From NCBI GenBank assembly GCA_050698355.1, contig JBOHBN010000209.1:663-64662 (forward strand): a DNA stretch of 64,000 nucleotides, given 5' to 3'. The DNA comes from Streptosporangiales bacterium. Lineage in GTDB: Bacteria > Actinomycetota > Actinomycetes > Streptosporangiales > WHST01. A model generated the notes under the pieces. That model saw nothing but the letters and a program-made list of their open reading frames with translations, made no database searches and had not been told where the DNA came from. How positions within the stretch are numbered: the first letter of the stretch is position 1; each line of letters begins with the position of its first letter. The translations under genes and the position numbers were made by a program. Of this stretch, positions 33,489-44,515 are shown in pieces.

Positions 33489-34111
33489 GGCGTGGTCGCT
33501 CGCTGCACCAGCACGATGGCGACGTCGGTGAGCAGCGCGAGCAGCACCGAGAGCACGATTCCGGTGACGATCAGCACGTAGGAGCTGATCTGGAAGCCGG
33601 TGGTGAACAGGCCTCCGAGCCCGCCTATCCCGATCAGCGCTCCAACACTGACCATCGAGATGGTGGTCACCGCCACGACCCGTAGGCCGGCCGCAATCAC
33701 TGGGATGGCGATCGGGAACTCGACGGTGAACAGCTGTCGTGCACGCTTCATGCCCATCGCCGTGGAGGCCTGCCGCACCGGCTCCGGTACTGACTGCAGC
33801 CCGTCCTTGACGCTTCGGAACAGCAGTGCCACCGCGTAAAGGGTCAACGCGACGATCACGTTCGTGGGGCTGAGGATCTTGGTGCCCAAGATGCTCGGCA
33901 GCACGATGAACAGTGCAAGCGATGGGATTGCGTACGCCACGCTGGACGCACCGAGCAGCGGCGCGTTCGCCCAGCGGGTGCGGGCGGCGAGCATGCCGAG
34001 CGGTATAGCGATCACCAGCCCGAGGACGATCGGGACGAATGCCAGGTAGAGGTGCTGCAGCAGGTCACTGATGATCTGCGGTTGGTACGCCTGTAGAACC
34101 TTGATGATCAC
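33464..34111 (-). CDS. ABC transporter permease (osmoprotectant type)
   Basis: 215 aa with FRSVKDGLQSVPEPVRQASTAMGMKRARQLFTVEFPIAIP. Confidence 0.8.
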   Translation of the reverse strand: MIIKVLQAYQPQIISDLLQHLYLAFVPIVLGLVIAIPLGMLAARTRWANAPLLGASSVAYAIPSLALFIVLPSILGTKILSPTNVIVALTLYAVALLFRSVKDGLQSVPEPVRQASTAMGMKRARQLFTVEFPIAIPVIAAGLRVVAVTTISMVSVGALIGIGGLGGLFTTGFQISSYVLIVTGIVLSVLLALLTDVAIVLVQRATTPWTRLASR

Positions 34112-34154
34112 CGGTAGCTCGTCTCCCCAGCGGTGACGTGGGCCGCGCTACGGG

Positions 34155-35267
34155 TCATGGCGTGTACTCCACCTCCGCGGACCGTTGGGCGGTCACGTAC
34201 TTCGCGATCTCGTCGTGCCCGACACCGCCGAGCACCGCACCATCCTGGTCGACGCGTACGGCGAGGCCGGCGGGAGACGCCAGCGCACCGTCGAGGGCGG
34301 CGCGGCAGGAGTCGCTCGCGGTGAACGTGGTGCCGACGGGGATGCTCGTCGGTTCCTCGCTGACGGGGCCCCGGCCGTCCACCCAGGCGACCGGCCGCCT
34401 CGCCTCGTCGAGCGACAGGATCCAGTGCTTGCCGGACTCTGTCGACACCTGACGGGGAGCCTCGGCGCCCGCGTCCGCCGCGACCGTGACGAGCTCCTGC
34501 AGCGGCAGGTCGTGGGCCGCCACGAACGACAGCCAGCGGTAGCCACGGTCGCGCCCGATGAGGCTCTCGACGAACGCGCTGTTCGGCGTGGCGAGCAGCT
34601 GGTCGGGCGGGTCGACCTGGACGAGCTTGCCGCCGGGACCGAAGACCGCGACGAGGTCGCCGAGCTTGACCGCCTCGTCCACGTCGTGGGTCACGAACAC
34701 GATCGTCTTCGACAGCTCGCCTTGCAGCCGGAGGAACTCCTCTTGCAGGCTTTCGCGGACGATCGGGTCGACGGCGCTGAACGGCTCGTCCATCAGCATG
34801 ACCGGTGGGTCGGCCGCGAGCGCCCTGGCCACGCCCACTCGCTGCTGCTGGCCACCGGACAGCTGCGCAGGGTAGCGCTTGGCCATCTGCGGATCGAGTC
34901 CGACGCGCTCGAGCAGCTCCATCGACCGCTCGCGCGCGGCGGACTTCGACCAGCGGAGCAGCAACGGGACCGTGCAGACGTTGTCGACCACGGTGCGGTG
35001 CGGCAGCAGGCCGACCTGCTGGATGACGTAGCCCATACCGCGTCGCAGGCGGGCAAGGTTCATGGTCGCGGTGTCGTCGCCGTCGTGCAGGATACGGCCG
35101 GACGTCGGCTCGACCATTCGGTTGATCATCCGCAGCGACGTGGTCTTGCCGCACCCGGACGGCCCGACGAACACCGTGATCTTGCCGGTCGGCATGGTCA
35201 GGTCGACCCCGTCGACTCCGACCACGCCTCCAGGGAAGCGTTTAGTGACGGACTGGAACTCGATCAT
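34155..35267 (-). CDS. ABC transporter ATP-binding protein with C-terminal tandem CBS region (OpuCA/ProV type)
   Basis: Start at ATG 35267 (MIEFQSVTKRF). Walker A is GPSGCGKTT, the signature is LSGGQQQRV and Walker B is LMDEPFSAVD. The upstream part of the 886-aa track ORF is shadow across the MFS gene. Confidence 0.9.
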   Translation of the reverse strand: MIEFQSVTKRFPGGVVGVDGVDLTMPTGKITVFVGPSGCGKTTSLRMINRMVEPTSGRILHDGDDTATMNLARLRRGMGYVIQQVGLLPHRTVVDNVCTVPLLLRWSKSAARERSMELLERVGLDPQMAKRYPAQLSGGQQQRVGVARALAADPPVMLMDEPFSAVDPIVRESLQEEFLRLQGELSKTIVFVTHDVDEAVKLGDLVAVFGPGGKLVQVDPPDQLLATPNSAFVESLIGRDRGYRWLSFVAAHDLPLQELVTVAADAGAEAPRQVSTESGKHWILSLDEARRPVAWVDGRGPVSEEPTSIPVGTTFTASDSCRAALDGALASPAGLAVRVDQDGAVLGGVGHDEIAKYVTAQRSAEVEYTP

Positions 35268-35386
35268 GCCGACCCTCTCGCCACCTGGAGCAGTCACGTA
35301 ACCCTTACGATCACCGGCGGCCGTGTCAAGTAACGACCCGGTCGCGGCCACGTGGCGTCGACCGCGACGAGCTAGACGTGGCGGTG

Positions 35387-36877
35387 TCAGGGACTTATCG
35401 GCGGCGGCTCGTACGAGCCGGTGGCTCTGGCGCGGCCGGTGGAGGAGAGCGGGTCGGCGATGTCCTCCAGCGACTTGCGCGCGGCGTCGACGCCGAAGAT
35501 CAGGGCGATGACGCCTCCGGCCGCCATGACCGCCGCCCCGACGAAGTAGCCGATGGTCAGCGGGAACCGGCTGCTTGCGTCGCCGATGAGAGCGGCGAAG
35601 ATCCGCGGTGCCGCCACGCCGCCGACGAGCTGTGCGATCGCGAAGAAGAACGAGATCGCCTGACCGCGTAGCTCCAGGGGGAAGATCTCGCTGACCGTCA
35701 GGTAGGCCGAGGAAGCCCCTGCGGACGCGAAGAAGAAGCAGACGCACCAGAAGATGGTCTGCGTCGTCGCGCTGAGCATGCCGGCGTCGAACAGGACGGC
35801 ACTGGCCGCCAGGACGATCGCCGAGATGATGTAGGTGCCGAAGATCATCTGTCGCCGTCCCCAGGTATCGAACAGCGGCCCGAGGACGAGCGGTCCCAGC
35901 AGGTTGCCAGCGGCAAAGGGGAAGAAGAACAGGCCGAGCGACGCGCTTTTGATGTCGTAGAAGTCCGCGAGTACCAGCGCCTGGGTGAAGAAGATGGCGT
36001 TGTACAAGAACGCCTGGGTCACCATCATCGAGAACCCGAGGAACGAGCGGGACGGGTACTCCTTCAGCATCACCTTGGCGATTTGGGTGTAGCTCACCGG
36101 TGGGCGGTGGGTGACCTCGAGCGCCTTGCTGTCGTCGACGCGCTCGAGCTGGATGCCCTGGCGCTCTACGCGCGCCTCGATGTCCGCGACGGTCGCTTCC
36201 GCCTCGTCTTCCCTGCCGTGTGTCATCAGCCAGCGCGGGCTCTCCGGGATGTGCCGGCGCAGGAAGATGATGAACAGGCCGATGACGGGTCCGATGAAGA
36301 AGCCGATCCGCCAGCCCCAGCCGATCGGTATCAGGTTCTCGTTGAATAGCAGGAGCGACGCGGCGGCGCCGATACCGGCGCCACCCCAGTAGGTGCCGTT
36401 CACCGCGATGTCGACCCGGCCGCGGTACCGGGACGGGATGAGCTCGTCGATGGCGGAGTTGATGGCGGTGTACTCGCCGCCGATGCCCATACCGGCGATG
36501 AACCGGAACACGAGGAGGAACCAGAGGTTGAACGACAGGCCGGCGATGCCGCTGGCGAGCAGGTAGATGGCGAGCGTGACGATGAACAACTTCTTGCGCC
36601 CGAGCCGGTCGGTGATGCGCCCGAAGACAAGCGCGCCGACGACCTCGCCGCCGAGGTACACCGAGGCCATCAGCCCGACCTGGCCCGTGGTGAGGGCGAG
36701 CGTCTGCGGCTCTTGGAGGACGGGGCCGACGAGAGAGACGATCTGGATTTCCAGCCCGTCCAGGATCCAGGAGACCCCGAGCCCAACCACGACGAGCCAG
36801 TGGAACCGCGCCCACGGTAGGCGGTCCATCCTGGCCGGTACCAGACTGCGGACCGCTCCTGAAGCCGCGGTCGTCAT
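35387..36877 (-). CDS. MFS transporter (sugar-porter/metabolite symporter-like)
   Basis: GRITDRLGRKKLF, ESPRWL, AGMGIGGEY and PLELRGQA. ATG 36877 after GGTGAGG is preferred over the GTG at 36892. Confidence 0.85.
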   Translation of the reverse strand: MTTAASGAVRSLVPARMDRLPWARFHWLVVVGLGVSWILDGLEIQIVSLVGPVLQEPQTLALTTGQVGLMASVYLGGEVVGALVFGRITDRLGRKKLFIVTLAIYLLASGIAGLSFNLWFLLVFRFIAGMGIGGEYTAINSAIDELIPSRYRGRVDIAVNGTYWGGAGIGAAASLLLFNENLIPIGWGWRIGFFIGPVIGLFIIFLRRHIPESPRWLMTHGREDEAEATVADIEARVERQGIQLERVDDSKALEVTHRPPVSYTQIAKVMLKEYPSRSFLGFSMMVTQAFLYNAIFFTQALVLADFYDIKSASLGLFFFPFAAGNLLGPLVLGPLFDTWGRRQMIFGTYIISAIVLAASAVLFDAGMLSATTQTIFWCVCFFFASAGASSAYLTVSEIFPLELRGQAISFFFAIAQLVGGVAAPRIFAALIGDASSRFPLTIGYFVGAAVMAAGGVIALIFGVDAARKSLEDIADPLSSTGRARATGSYEPPPISP

Positions 36878-37067
36878 AACCTCACCCCACACTCCGTCGC
36901 CGGACGGCGTGGCGCGCGGCGCCCTCTGCGGGCTCCGTGGTCACGGTTTTACCGCTGATCATGGTGCACCCGAAGTGCCCGCACGGTCCAGGATCTGAGT
37001 GACCTTCCTACGATCCGCATCCGACGGGGGAGCCCCGGACGGGCGTGCACCCGCTGGGGGATCCCCC

Positions 37068-38441
37068 TCAGCGGCCCGCCGCGCAGGCGCTGAGGAGGTT
37101 GTCCGCGACTCGCTGCCAGCACCAGCGATCATGTGCCAGCTTGACCAGCGCCGTTTCGATTCCCGCGCGCTTCGCGCCGGTCAACGCGAACAGTGCGTCG
37201 ATGCGGTCCGCGATTCCGCGCACCGAGTCGTCGGGGTCGTACGTGAGTAGTCCCGGCATGTCGATGGCCTCCTCGCACGCCACGCCGATCTCGCCGATGC
37301 CGGAGTGGCGCGGCACCACGGGGATGACCCCGGCCGCGGCGGCTTCGGCGGCGACCATGCCGAATGCCTCGGGGACCTCCGACGGCACGACCAGGAGGTC
37401 GAAGCTGGGCAGCACGTCGACCAACCGGTCGTGGTCGAGCCGTCCGGTCCAGCGCACCGGTACGGCTGCCACCCTTGCGAGGTAGTCAGGCGTCACGTCC
37501 TTCGATTCGAGGAACGCTCGGCACCGTACGGCGTGGGGGTCGTCGGCGAGCAGCGACTCGGCCGCGTCCACGTCGCCCGTAACCAGGGCGTCGTGCAGGC
37601 GGTGCAGCATGTCCTCGGACTCGCCGTAGCCGACCACCACGGCGCCCAGGTCCGGTGCGCCGGTGCGGCCCAGTGCGGCAAGCAGGTTCTGCGGGCCCTT
37701 CGCCGTGATCAGCTTGCCGACGAAGCCGACCGTCGGCGGTGCGGCGGGCTCACGCTCCCGCGGCGAGAACGTCTCGACGTCGCAGCCCGGGTTGACCACC
37801 GTGGAGCGGTCCACCCAGTCGCCGGGTACGACCGCGGCCGCCGTGTCGCGCAGGTAGCGGCTCGTGCCGACGATGGTGTCGGCGGCCGCGAACCCGTCCC
37901 TTGCGTACCCGACGTAGCGCTCCTGCACCTTGACCGCGTACTCCAGGGCGCTGCCGTGCAACTTGACCGAGTACGGCACGCCCGTCCGCTCCCGCGCAAG
38001 GCGGCCGATGTACGGGCCCATCACCTCGTGGCCGATGACGACCGCCTCAGGCCGGTGGACGCGCACCGCCGCCTCCAGCGCATCCACGTTGGTGGCCACG
38101 TAGTGCTCGAGCTGCTCGTCGGTCAGGTCGACGAACCGCCTGGCGGTGAACCCCTCGTACGGGTCCCACACGTAGACGGGCAGCAGCTCGCCGATGGCCG
38201 GACGCACCACCCGGAGCCGTCCTGGTGCCTGGTCGGCGTCGGTGGGGTGGCAGGCGAACCTGTCGTTCTCGGGTGCGAACTCGCCGTACTCGTCGACGAA
38301 CGGCAGCTCGTCGGCGTGCCGGTCCTGGCACAGCAGCAGCACATCGTGGCCCTGCTCGCGCCACACCCGGGCGACGTTCGCGGTGTACACGTTCGAGCCG
38401 GACCCGGAGAGCAGGTAGCCGTGCCACAGCAGGATGTTCAA
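37068..38441 (-). CDS. GT4-family (GT-B) glycosyltransferase
   Basis: (M)NILLWHGYLLSGSGSNVYTANVARVWREQGHDVLLL at the N-terminus and PSEVPEAFGMVAAEAAAAGVIPVV (the E-x7-E region) at the C-terminus. The start is uncertain: TTG 38441 after GGAAGGA, or 38504. Confidence 0.75.
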   Translation of the reverse strand: MNILLWHGYLLSGSGSNVYTANVARVWREQGHDVLLLCQDRHADELPFVDEYGEFAPENDRFACHPTDADQAPGRLRVVRPAIGELLPVYVWDPYEGFTARRFVDLTDEQLEHYVATNVDALEAAVRVHRPEAVVIGHEVMGPYIGRLARERTGVPYSVKLHGSALEYAVKVQERYVGYARDGFAAADTIVGTSRYLRDTAAAVVPGDWVDRSTVVNPGCDVETFSPREREPAAPPTVGFVGKLITAKGPQNLLAALGRTGAPDLGAVVVGYGESEDMLHRLHDALVTGDVDAAESLLADDPHAVRCRAFLESKDVTPDYLARVAAVPVRWTGRLDHDRLVDVLPSFDLLVVPSEVPEAFGMVAAEAAAAGVIPVVPRHSGIGEIGVACEEAIDMPGLLTYDPDDSVRGIADRIDALFALTGAKRAGIETALVKLAHDRWCWQRVADNLLSACAAGR

Positions 38442-38544
38442 CGAGTGTCGTCCTTCCACAGATTGGCCGCGCGGAATCCCCGGCGTGCTGAGCGGTGGTA
38501 TCAATCAGTAGGGAAGTGATACCACACCGAGCTACCATCGGAGG

Positions 38545-38742
38545 ATGGCCATGACGCTGCGGCTCAGTGACGAACAGACCGAGGCACTGCGCGAGACCGC
38601 CGAGCGCGAGGGACGTTCCATGCAGGACGTCGCCCGTGCGGCTATCGAGGAGTACGTCGGCCGCCGGTCCAGGTTGCGCGACGAGATTCTCGACCGTGTG
38701 ATGGAGCGCGACGCGGGCCTGCTCGCGCGCTTGGCCGAGTGA
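38545..38742 (+). CDS. RHH/Phd-type antitoxin
   Basis: 65 aa MAMTLRLSDEQTEALRETAEREGRSMQDVARAAIEEYV. 4-nt overlap with the doc-like gene. Confidence 0.75.
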   Translation: MAMTLRLSDEQTEALRETAEREGRSMQDVARAAIEEYVGRRSRLRDEILDRVMERDAGLLARLAE

Positions 38743-39125
38743 TGCCGGAGTATTTGACCGTCGAGGACCTGATGGTGGCGGCTCGTCGTTACCTCGGCGC
38801 CGAGCCAGAGATCCGCGATGCCGGCCTCCTGGACTCGGCCGTCGCGCGGCCACTAACGACCGTGTTCGGGCAAGAGGCGTACCCAGACCTCGACTCGAAG
38901 GGGGCGGCGCTGTTGCACTCGATTGTGGGCAACCATGCCCTCGTCGACGGCAACAAAAGGCTCGGCTGGACGGCGACGCAGCTCTTCTACGGGCTCAACG
39001 GGTACGAGCTGGTCGCCGATGAGGACGCCGAGTACGAGTGCGTCATCGGGGTGGCGGCCGGGCGCATCGACGACGTCACCGAGATCGCGAGCAGGCTCGC
39101 TGGTTGGAGGCGGCCGTGGCGATGA
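38739..39125 (+). CDS. doc: Fic/Doc-family toxin (death-on-curing type)
   Basis: 128 aa with the Fic-motif variant HALVDGNKRLG and the Doc-like context AALLHSIVGNHALVDGNKRLGWTA. Confidence 0.85.
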   Translation: MMPEYLTVEDLMVAARRYLGAEPEIRDAGLLDSAVARPLTTVFGQEAYPDLDSKGAALLHSIVGNHALVDGNKRLGWTATQLFYGLNGYELVADEDAEYECVIGVAAGRIDDVTEIASRLAGWRRPWR

Positions 39126-39222
39126 GACCCGAACGGTGGAGCTCTGTGCGGCACGACCTTGGGGGCTGTGGGTAGGTTGTGCCGTAGCTGCCGCACACCA
39201 CGAGAAGACGGGCGCGCCACGC

Positions 39223-39585
39223 ATGTCCAAGGCAAGTCTCGACGAGGCCGACGAGGTTCTCGCGCGCGTCCTGCGCCAGCGGGAGCGCCACCGCGCGCGA
39301 CCGATGCCCGTACGGATCGCCCTCGCCGTCGCGGGCGTCTGCACCTCGATCGTCGGCGCGATCCTCCTCATCGAGCCCGAGCTCGGCCTCCCTGTCCTGC
39401 TCGTCGGCCTCCGGCTGCTCGCTTACGAGTTCGACTGGGCGGCGCGCCTCTACGCGCGTGTCGCGCGTTCCTGGCAGCGCCTGCGCGAGCGCTACCGGCG
39501 CCTTTCACCGGCGACGAAGTACGCGACCTGGATCATCACCGCGTTGGTCGTCGCCGCGTTCATCGCCTGGCTCGTACTCCGTTAG
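39223..39585 (+). CDS. Small two-TM membrane protein (PGPGW/TIGR02611-like)
   Basis: ATG 39223 lies within the 220-aa track ORF. Sequence: MSKASLDEADEVLARV...VAGVCTSIVGAILLIEPELGLPVLLVGLRLLAYEFDWAARL...ATWIITALVVAAFIAWLVL. Confidence 0.45.
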   Translation: MSKASLDEADEVLARVLRQRERHRARPMPVRIALAVAGVCTSIVGAILLIEPELGLPVLLVGLRLLAYEFDWAARLYARVARSWQRLRERYRRLSPATKYATWIITALVVAAFIAWLVLR

Positions 39586-39590
39586 GGCTG

Positions 39591-39640
39591 GTTGTGTCCG
39601 AGGAACCGGCCGCAATCGCGACCGGTTCCTCGGACACAAC
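39591..39640. terminator. Perfect 19-bp-stem hairpin between convergent genes
   Basis: GTTGTGTCCGAGGAACCGG-N12-CCGGTTCCTCGGACACAAC. Confidence 0.7.
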
Positions 39641-39661
39641 AATGAGGGAGGTACGGCAAGC

Positions 39662-40525
39662 TCACGTGTCCGCGGACGGGCGACGCCGGCGAACGAGCCG
39701 GTAGCCGCGCCAGCTCCCGTACGCGACGGCGCCGAGGATGAGCACGAACGGCGCGACGGCGCCGAGGGCGGTGAGTAGCCACACCACCGTTGTCTTGAAC
39801 GCGGCCCAGCCGGCGGAGAGGCCGGAGAGGAAGCCCGCTTCCTTGACGTGGGTCGCCGCCGGAGCCTTGAGCCGCAAGGTGATCGTGGCGTAGCTCGTCT
39901 TGGTGTCGAGGGCCTTCTGCCGCGCCTCCAGGGCTTCGAGGTCGGCTTCTCGCTTGCTGAGCCGCTTCTCGACCTTGAGGACCTCACCGACGGTGTCGGC
40001 CTTGCCGAGCAGGGTGCGCAGCTGGTCGATCGTCGCGCGGGCCGATCGTACCCGGCTGTCGACGTCCGCGACCTTCTCGGTCACGTCACGCGCCCGCCGC
40101 TTGAGCGACAGCTGGTTGCCCAGCTGGGTGGACAGCCGGTGGAGCACGACGGGGTAGCGGTCGACGGGAACCTTGAGAGTGAGCCTGGACGTCGCGCCGT
40201 CGCCGTCCGGGTCCTTGCTGGTGCGCTCGCGGGCGGTGTAGCCGTGCGCCTTGGTGACGATCGACGTGGCCCCGTGCCTGGCCTTGGTGGCGTCGCCGAC
40301 GCGGACGGTGAGCCTGGCGGTGTAGATGACCGAACGATCCTGCGGGGCGAGCGTCACCTTCGCACCGCCGCCCCCGCCCTTGCTCAACAGGCGGTCGGCG
40401 GCGCTGCCGCCGCCCCCTCTCTCGGCGGACATGGACTGCCCTCCGCTGCCGCCGGTCGAACAGCCGCCGACCAGGAGACCTCCGGCGAGCAGGGCCGCCG
40501 CTGTGACCACGATGCGAGAGCTCAT
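39662..40525 (-). CDS. DUF4349-like lipoprotein with coiled-coil region and C-terminal TM helices
   Basis: Start at MSSRIVVTAAALLAGGLLVGGCS (lipobox). Also YTARLTVRV..RLTLKVP..ATITLRL, and a C-terminal hydrophobic pair. Confidence 0.5.
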   Translation of the reverse strand: MSSRIVVTAAALLAGGLLVGGCSTGGSGGQSMSAERGGGGSAADRLLSKGGGGGAKVTLAPQDRSVIYTARLTVRVGDATKARHGATSIVTKAHGYTARERTSKDPDGDGATSRLTLKVPVDRYPVVLHRLSTQLGNQLSLKRRARDVTEKVADVDSRVRSARATIDQLRTLLGKADTVGEVLKVEKRLSKREADLEALEARQKALDTKTSYATITLRLKAPAATHVKEAGFLSGLSAGWAAFKTTVVWLLTALGAVAPFVLILGAVAYGSWRGYRLVRRRRPSADT

Positions 40526-40622
40526 GCCCCAGGGATGCCGGGCGAGGGTGCATTGGTTGCCCCGCGGGCGGGTCACGATTTGACCAACGCCGGCCGCGCC
40601 GGCGTACGCGCGCCTCCCGCCC

Positions 40623-42041
40623 TCAGGTCTCCAGGCGGTGGATCGCGCGCATCTTGTTGGTGGCGTCGAGTGCTGCGACCTTGTACGACTCCGCGAGCGT
40701 CGGGTAGTTGAACACCGTGTCGACCAAATAGTCGACGGTACCGCCGCAGCCCATCACCGCCTGCCCGATGTGCACCAGCTCGGTCGCGCCGCTGCCGAAG
40801 ACGTGCACGCCGAGCAGCTCGCCGGTGTCGGTGTGCACGAGTAGCTTCAGCATGCCGTACGAGTCGCCGATGATCTGGCCGCGGGCGAGCTCGCGGTACC
40901 GCGCGATGCCCACCTCGAACGGCACGCTCGCCTCGGTCAGCTCGTCCTCGGTGCGCCCGACATAGGAGATCTCCGGGATGGTGTAGATGCCGATCGGCTG
41001 CAGCGGCGTCAGGTCGTCCGCGGGCTCGCCGCAGGCGTGGTACGCGGCGAGCCGTCCCTGCTCCATCGACGTCGATGCGAGCGCGGGGAAGCCGATCACG
41101 TCGCCCACCGCGTAGATGTGCGGCACCTCGGTGCGGTAGTGCTCGTCCACCTTGACCCGACCGCGATCGTCGACGTCGAGTCCCGCGTTCTGCGGGTCGA
41201 GGGCGCCGAGCACCCCCTGCCGGCCGGCGGAGTACATCACCGTGTCGGCGGGGATCTTCTTGCCGCTCTCCAGGATCGTGAGCGTGCCGTTCTCGAACTT
41301 CTCCACCGCCGAGACGGTCTCGCGGAACCGGAACGTCACGGCGAGGTCGCGCAGCTGGTACTTCAGCGCCTCCACGACCTCCAGGTCGCAGAACGGCAGC
41401 ATTCGCTGGTGGCGTTCGACGACGGTGACCTTGGTGCCGAGCGCGGCGAACATCGATGCGTACTCGATGCCGATGACGCCCGCACCCACGACGACGATGG
41501 AGCTGGGCATCTCCTCCAGCGCGAGTACCTGGTCGGAGTCGACGATCGTCCTGCCGTCGAACGCGACGCTGTCGGGACGGGCGGGCCGCGTGCCGACGGC
41601 GACGATCACCTTGTCCGCGCTGAGGTGCCGCTCGGTGCCGTCGTCGGTGTCGACGACGACCGTGTGCGGGTCATTGAACCGCGCCGTGCCGACGTAGACG
41701 TGTACGCGGTTGCGCGTCAGTTGGCTGCGTACGACGTCGATCTCCCGGCCGATGACGTAGTGCGTGCGGGCGTGCAGGTCGCCCATGCCGATCTCGTCCT
41801 TCAGCCGGTAGCTCTGCCCGTACACCTCGCGCTGGTTGAGCCCGGTCAGGTAGAGGACGGCCTCGCGCAGCGACTTGGACGGGATCGTGCCGGTGTTGAT
41901 GCACACCCCGCCGACCATGTCCTTGCGCTCCACGATCGCGACGCGCCGGCCGAGCTTCGCCGCGGCGATCGCGGCCTTCTGCCCGCTCGGTCCGGAGCCG
42001 AGCACGACAAGGTCGTAGTCCTGCCCATCGTGGTCGGTCAT
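40623..42041 (-). CDS. sthA: Soluble pyridine nucleotide transhydrogenase / FAD-dependent disulfide-oxidoreductase family
   Basis: 472 aa starting at ATG 42041: [36 protein letters not shown] (no CxxxxC, as in SthA), [13 protein letters not shown] and [13 protein letters not shown]. Confidence 0.8.
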   Translation of the reverse strand: MTDHDGQDYDLVVLGSGPSGQKAAIAAAKLGRRVAIVERKDMVGGVCINTGTIPSKSLREAVLYLTGLNQREVYGQSYRLKDEIGMGDLHARTHYVIGREIDVVRSQLTRNRVHVYVGTARFNDPHTVVVDTDDGTERHLSADKVIVAVGTRPARPDSVAFDGRTIVDSDQVLALEEMPSSIVVVGAGVIGIEYASMFAALGTKVTVVERHQRMLPFCDLEVVEALKYQLRDLAVTFRFRETVSAVEKFENGTLTILESGKKIPADTVMYSAGRQGVLGALDPQNAGLDVDDRGRVKVDEHYRTEVPHIYAVGDVIGFPALASTSMEQGRLAAYHACGEPADDLTPLQPIGIYTIPEISYVGRTEDELTEASVPFEVGIARYRELARGQIIGDSYGMLKLLVHTDTGELLGVHVFGSGATELVHIGQAVMGCGGTVDYLVDTVFNYPTLAESYKVAALDATNKMRAIHRLET

Positions 42042-42058
42042 CGGCTCAGTCTCCCAGG

Positions 42059-43261
<1,203 letters not shown>

Positions 43262-43262
43262 G

Positions 43263-44297
43263 TCAGCTCCTACTCGCCCATTCCAGGATCACCTTGCCGC
43301 AGGCGCCGGAACGGCAGATATCGAACGCCTTCTCGTACTCCTCGTACGGCAACCGGTGGCTGATGACCGGCGAGATGTCGAGGCCGCACTGGAGCAGCAC
43401 GGACATCTCGTACCAGGTCTCGAACATCTCCCGACCGTAGATGCCGCTCACCGTGAGCATGTTGAGTACGACCTGGCCCCAGTCGATCGCGAAGTCCTCC
43501 GCGGGGATGCCGAGCAATGCGACCCTGCCGCCATGCGCCATGTTCGCGAGCATGTCGCGCAGCGCGACCGGCATGCCGGACATCTCCATGCCGATGTCGA
43601 AGCCCTCACGCATGCCGAGCTGCCGCTGCGCGTCGGCGGCTGCCCGTACGCGGGCGTCCAACGCGAGCGTCACGCCCATCCGCTCAGCCAGCTGCAGCCG
43701 GTAGTCGCTCACATCGCTCACGACGACGTACCGGGCCCCCGCGTGCATGACGACGGCCGCCGCCATCAGCCCGATCGGTCCGGCCCCGGTGATGAGCACG
43801 TCCTCACCGAGCACGGGGAACTTCAGCGCCGTGTGCACGGCGTTGCCGAACGGGTCGAAGATCGACGCGACGTCCAGGTCGGTGTTGGGCTCGTGGCGCC
43901 ACACGTTGCCGGCGGGCAGCGCGACGTACTCGGCGAAGCACCCGGCGCGGCTCACGCCCAGGCCTTCGGTGTTCGCGCACATCACCCGCCGCCCGGCCAT
44001 GCAGTTGCGGCAGCGGCCACAGACGATGTGGCCCTCTCCGCCTACCAGCTCACCCGGCTCCAAGTGGACGATCCGGTCGCCCGTCGCGACGATCTCGCCG
44101 ACGAACTCGTGCCCGATGACCAGCGGTGCGGACACGTTCTCGGCGGCCCAGTCGTCCCACGCCTGGATATGCAGGTCGGTGCCGCAGATGCCCGTACGCA
44201 GCACCCGGATCAGCACGTCGTCGGGGCCGACGTCCGGCTCCGGGACGTCGGCGAGCGTCAAGCCCGGCGCTGCCTTCTCCTTGACCAGAGCCCTCAT
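43263..44297 (-). CDS. tdh: L-threonine 3-dehydrogenase (Zn-dependent MDR family)
   Basis: 344 aa with [30 protein letters not shown] and [14 protein letters not shown]. It ends 1 nt before the kbl start. Confidence 0.9.
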   Translation of the reverse strand: MRALVKEKAAPGLTLADVPEPDVGPDDVLIRVLRTGICGTDLHIQAWDDWAAENVSAPLVIGHEFVGEIVATGDRIVHLEPGELVGGEGHIVCGRCRNCMAGRRVMCANTEGLGVSRAGCFAEYVALPAGNVWRHEPNTDLDVASIFDPFGNAVHTALKFPVLGEDVLITGAGPIGLMAAAVVMHAGARYVVVSDVSDYRLQLAERMGVTLALDARVRAAADAQRQLGMREGFDIGMEMSGMPVALRDMLANMAHGGRVALLGIPAEDFAIDWGQVVLNMLTVSGIYGREMFETWYEMSVLLQCGLDISPVISHRLPYEEYEKAFDICRSGACGKVILEWASRS

Positions 44298-44342
44298 GCC
44301 GTCGAGCTTCTCACGCGGCCCGATACCGGTCCTGCCTGGTTC

Positions 44343-44393
44343 GTCACGGGGCGTCCCCGTGACGGTAGGTTTGTCACGGGGCGTCCCCGTGAC
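44343..44393. promoter_or_regulatory. Two tandem copies of the 21-nt palindrome GTCACGGGGCGTCCCCGTGAC, 30-nt period, upstream of tdh-kbl
   Basis: The copies are at 44343-44363 and 44373-44393. Each is 9-bp arms plus a 3-nt centre. They lie 46-96 nt upstream of the tdh start, in the divergent region shared with the LolA-like gene. Confidence 0.5.
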
Positions 44394-44515
44394 GAGCGGA
44401 ATCCCGAGACCCCACGGTGCGCAGCGGCGAGAAATACCCCTTGAGGAGTACGCACGGTCGGCGGGACGCGGTTACCGTTGAAGCACGCCGACCACGAGGA
44501 ACCACCGAGGTGATC

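Noticed and set aside
35268-36815. The upstream 516 codons of the 886-aa minus-strand ORF, and similar giant ORFs such as 40623-43049, 44599-46596, 47498-49990 and 29974-31347.
   Set aside because: These are high-GC shadow ORFs overlapping well-supported genes in another frame or on the other strand. They are Arg/Pro/Gly/Ala-rich and have no motifs.
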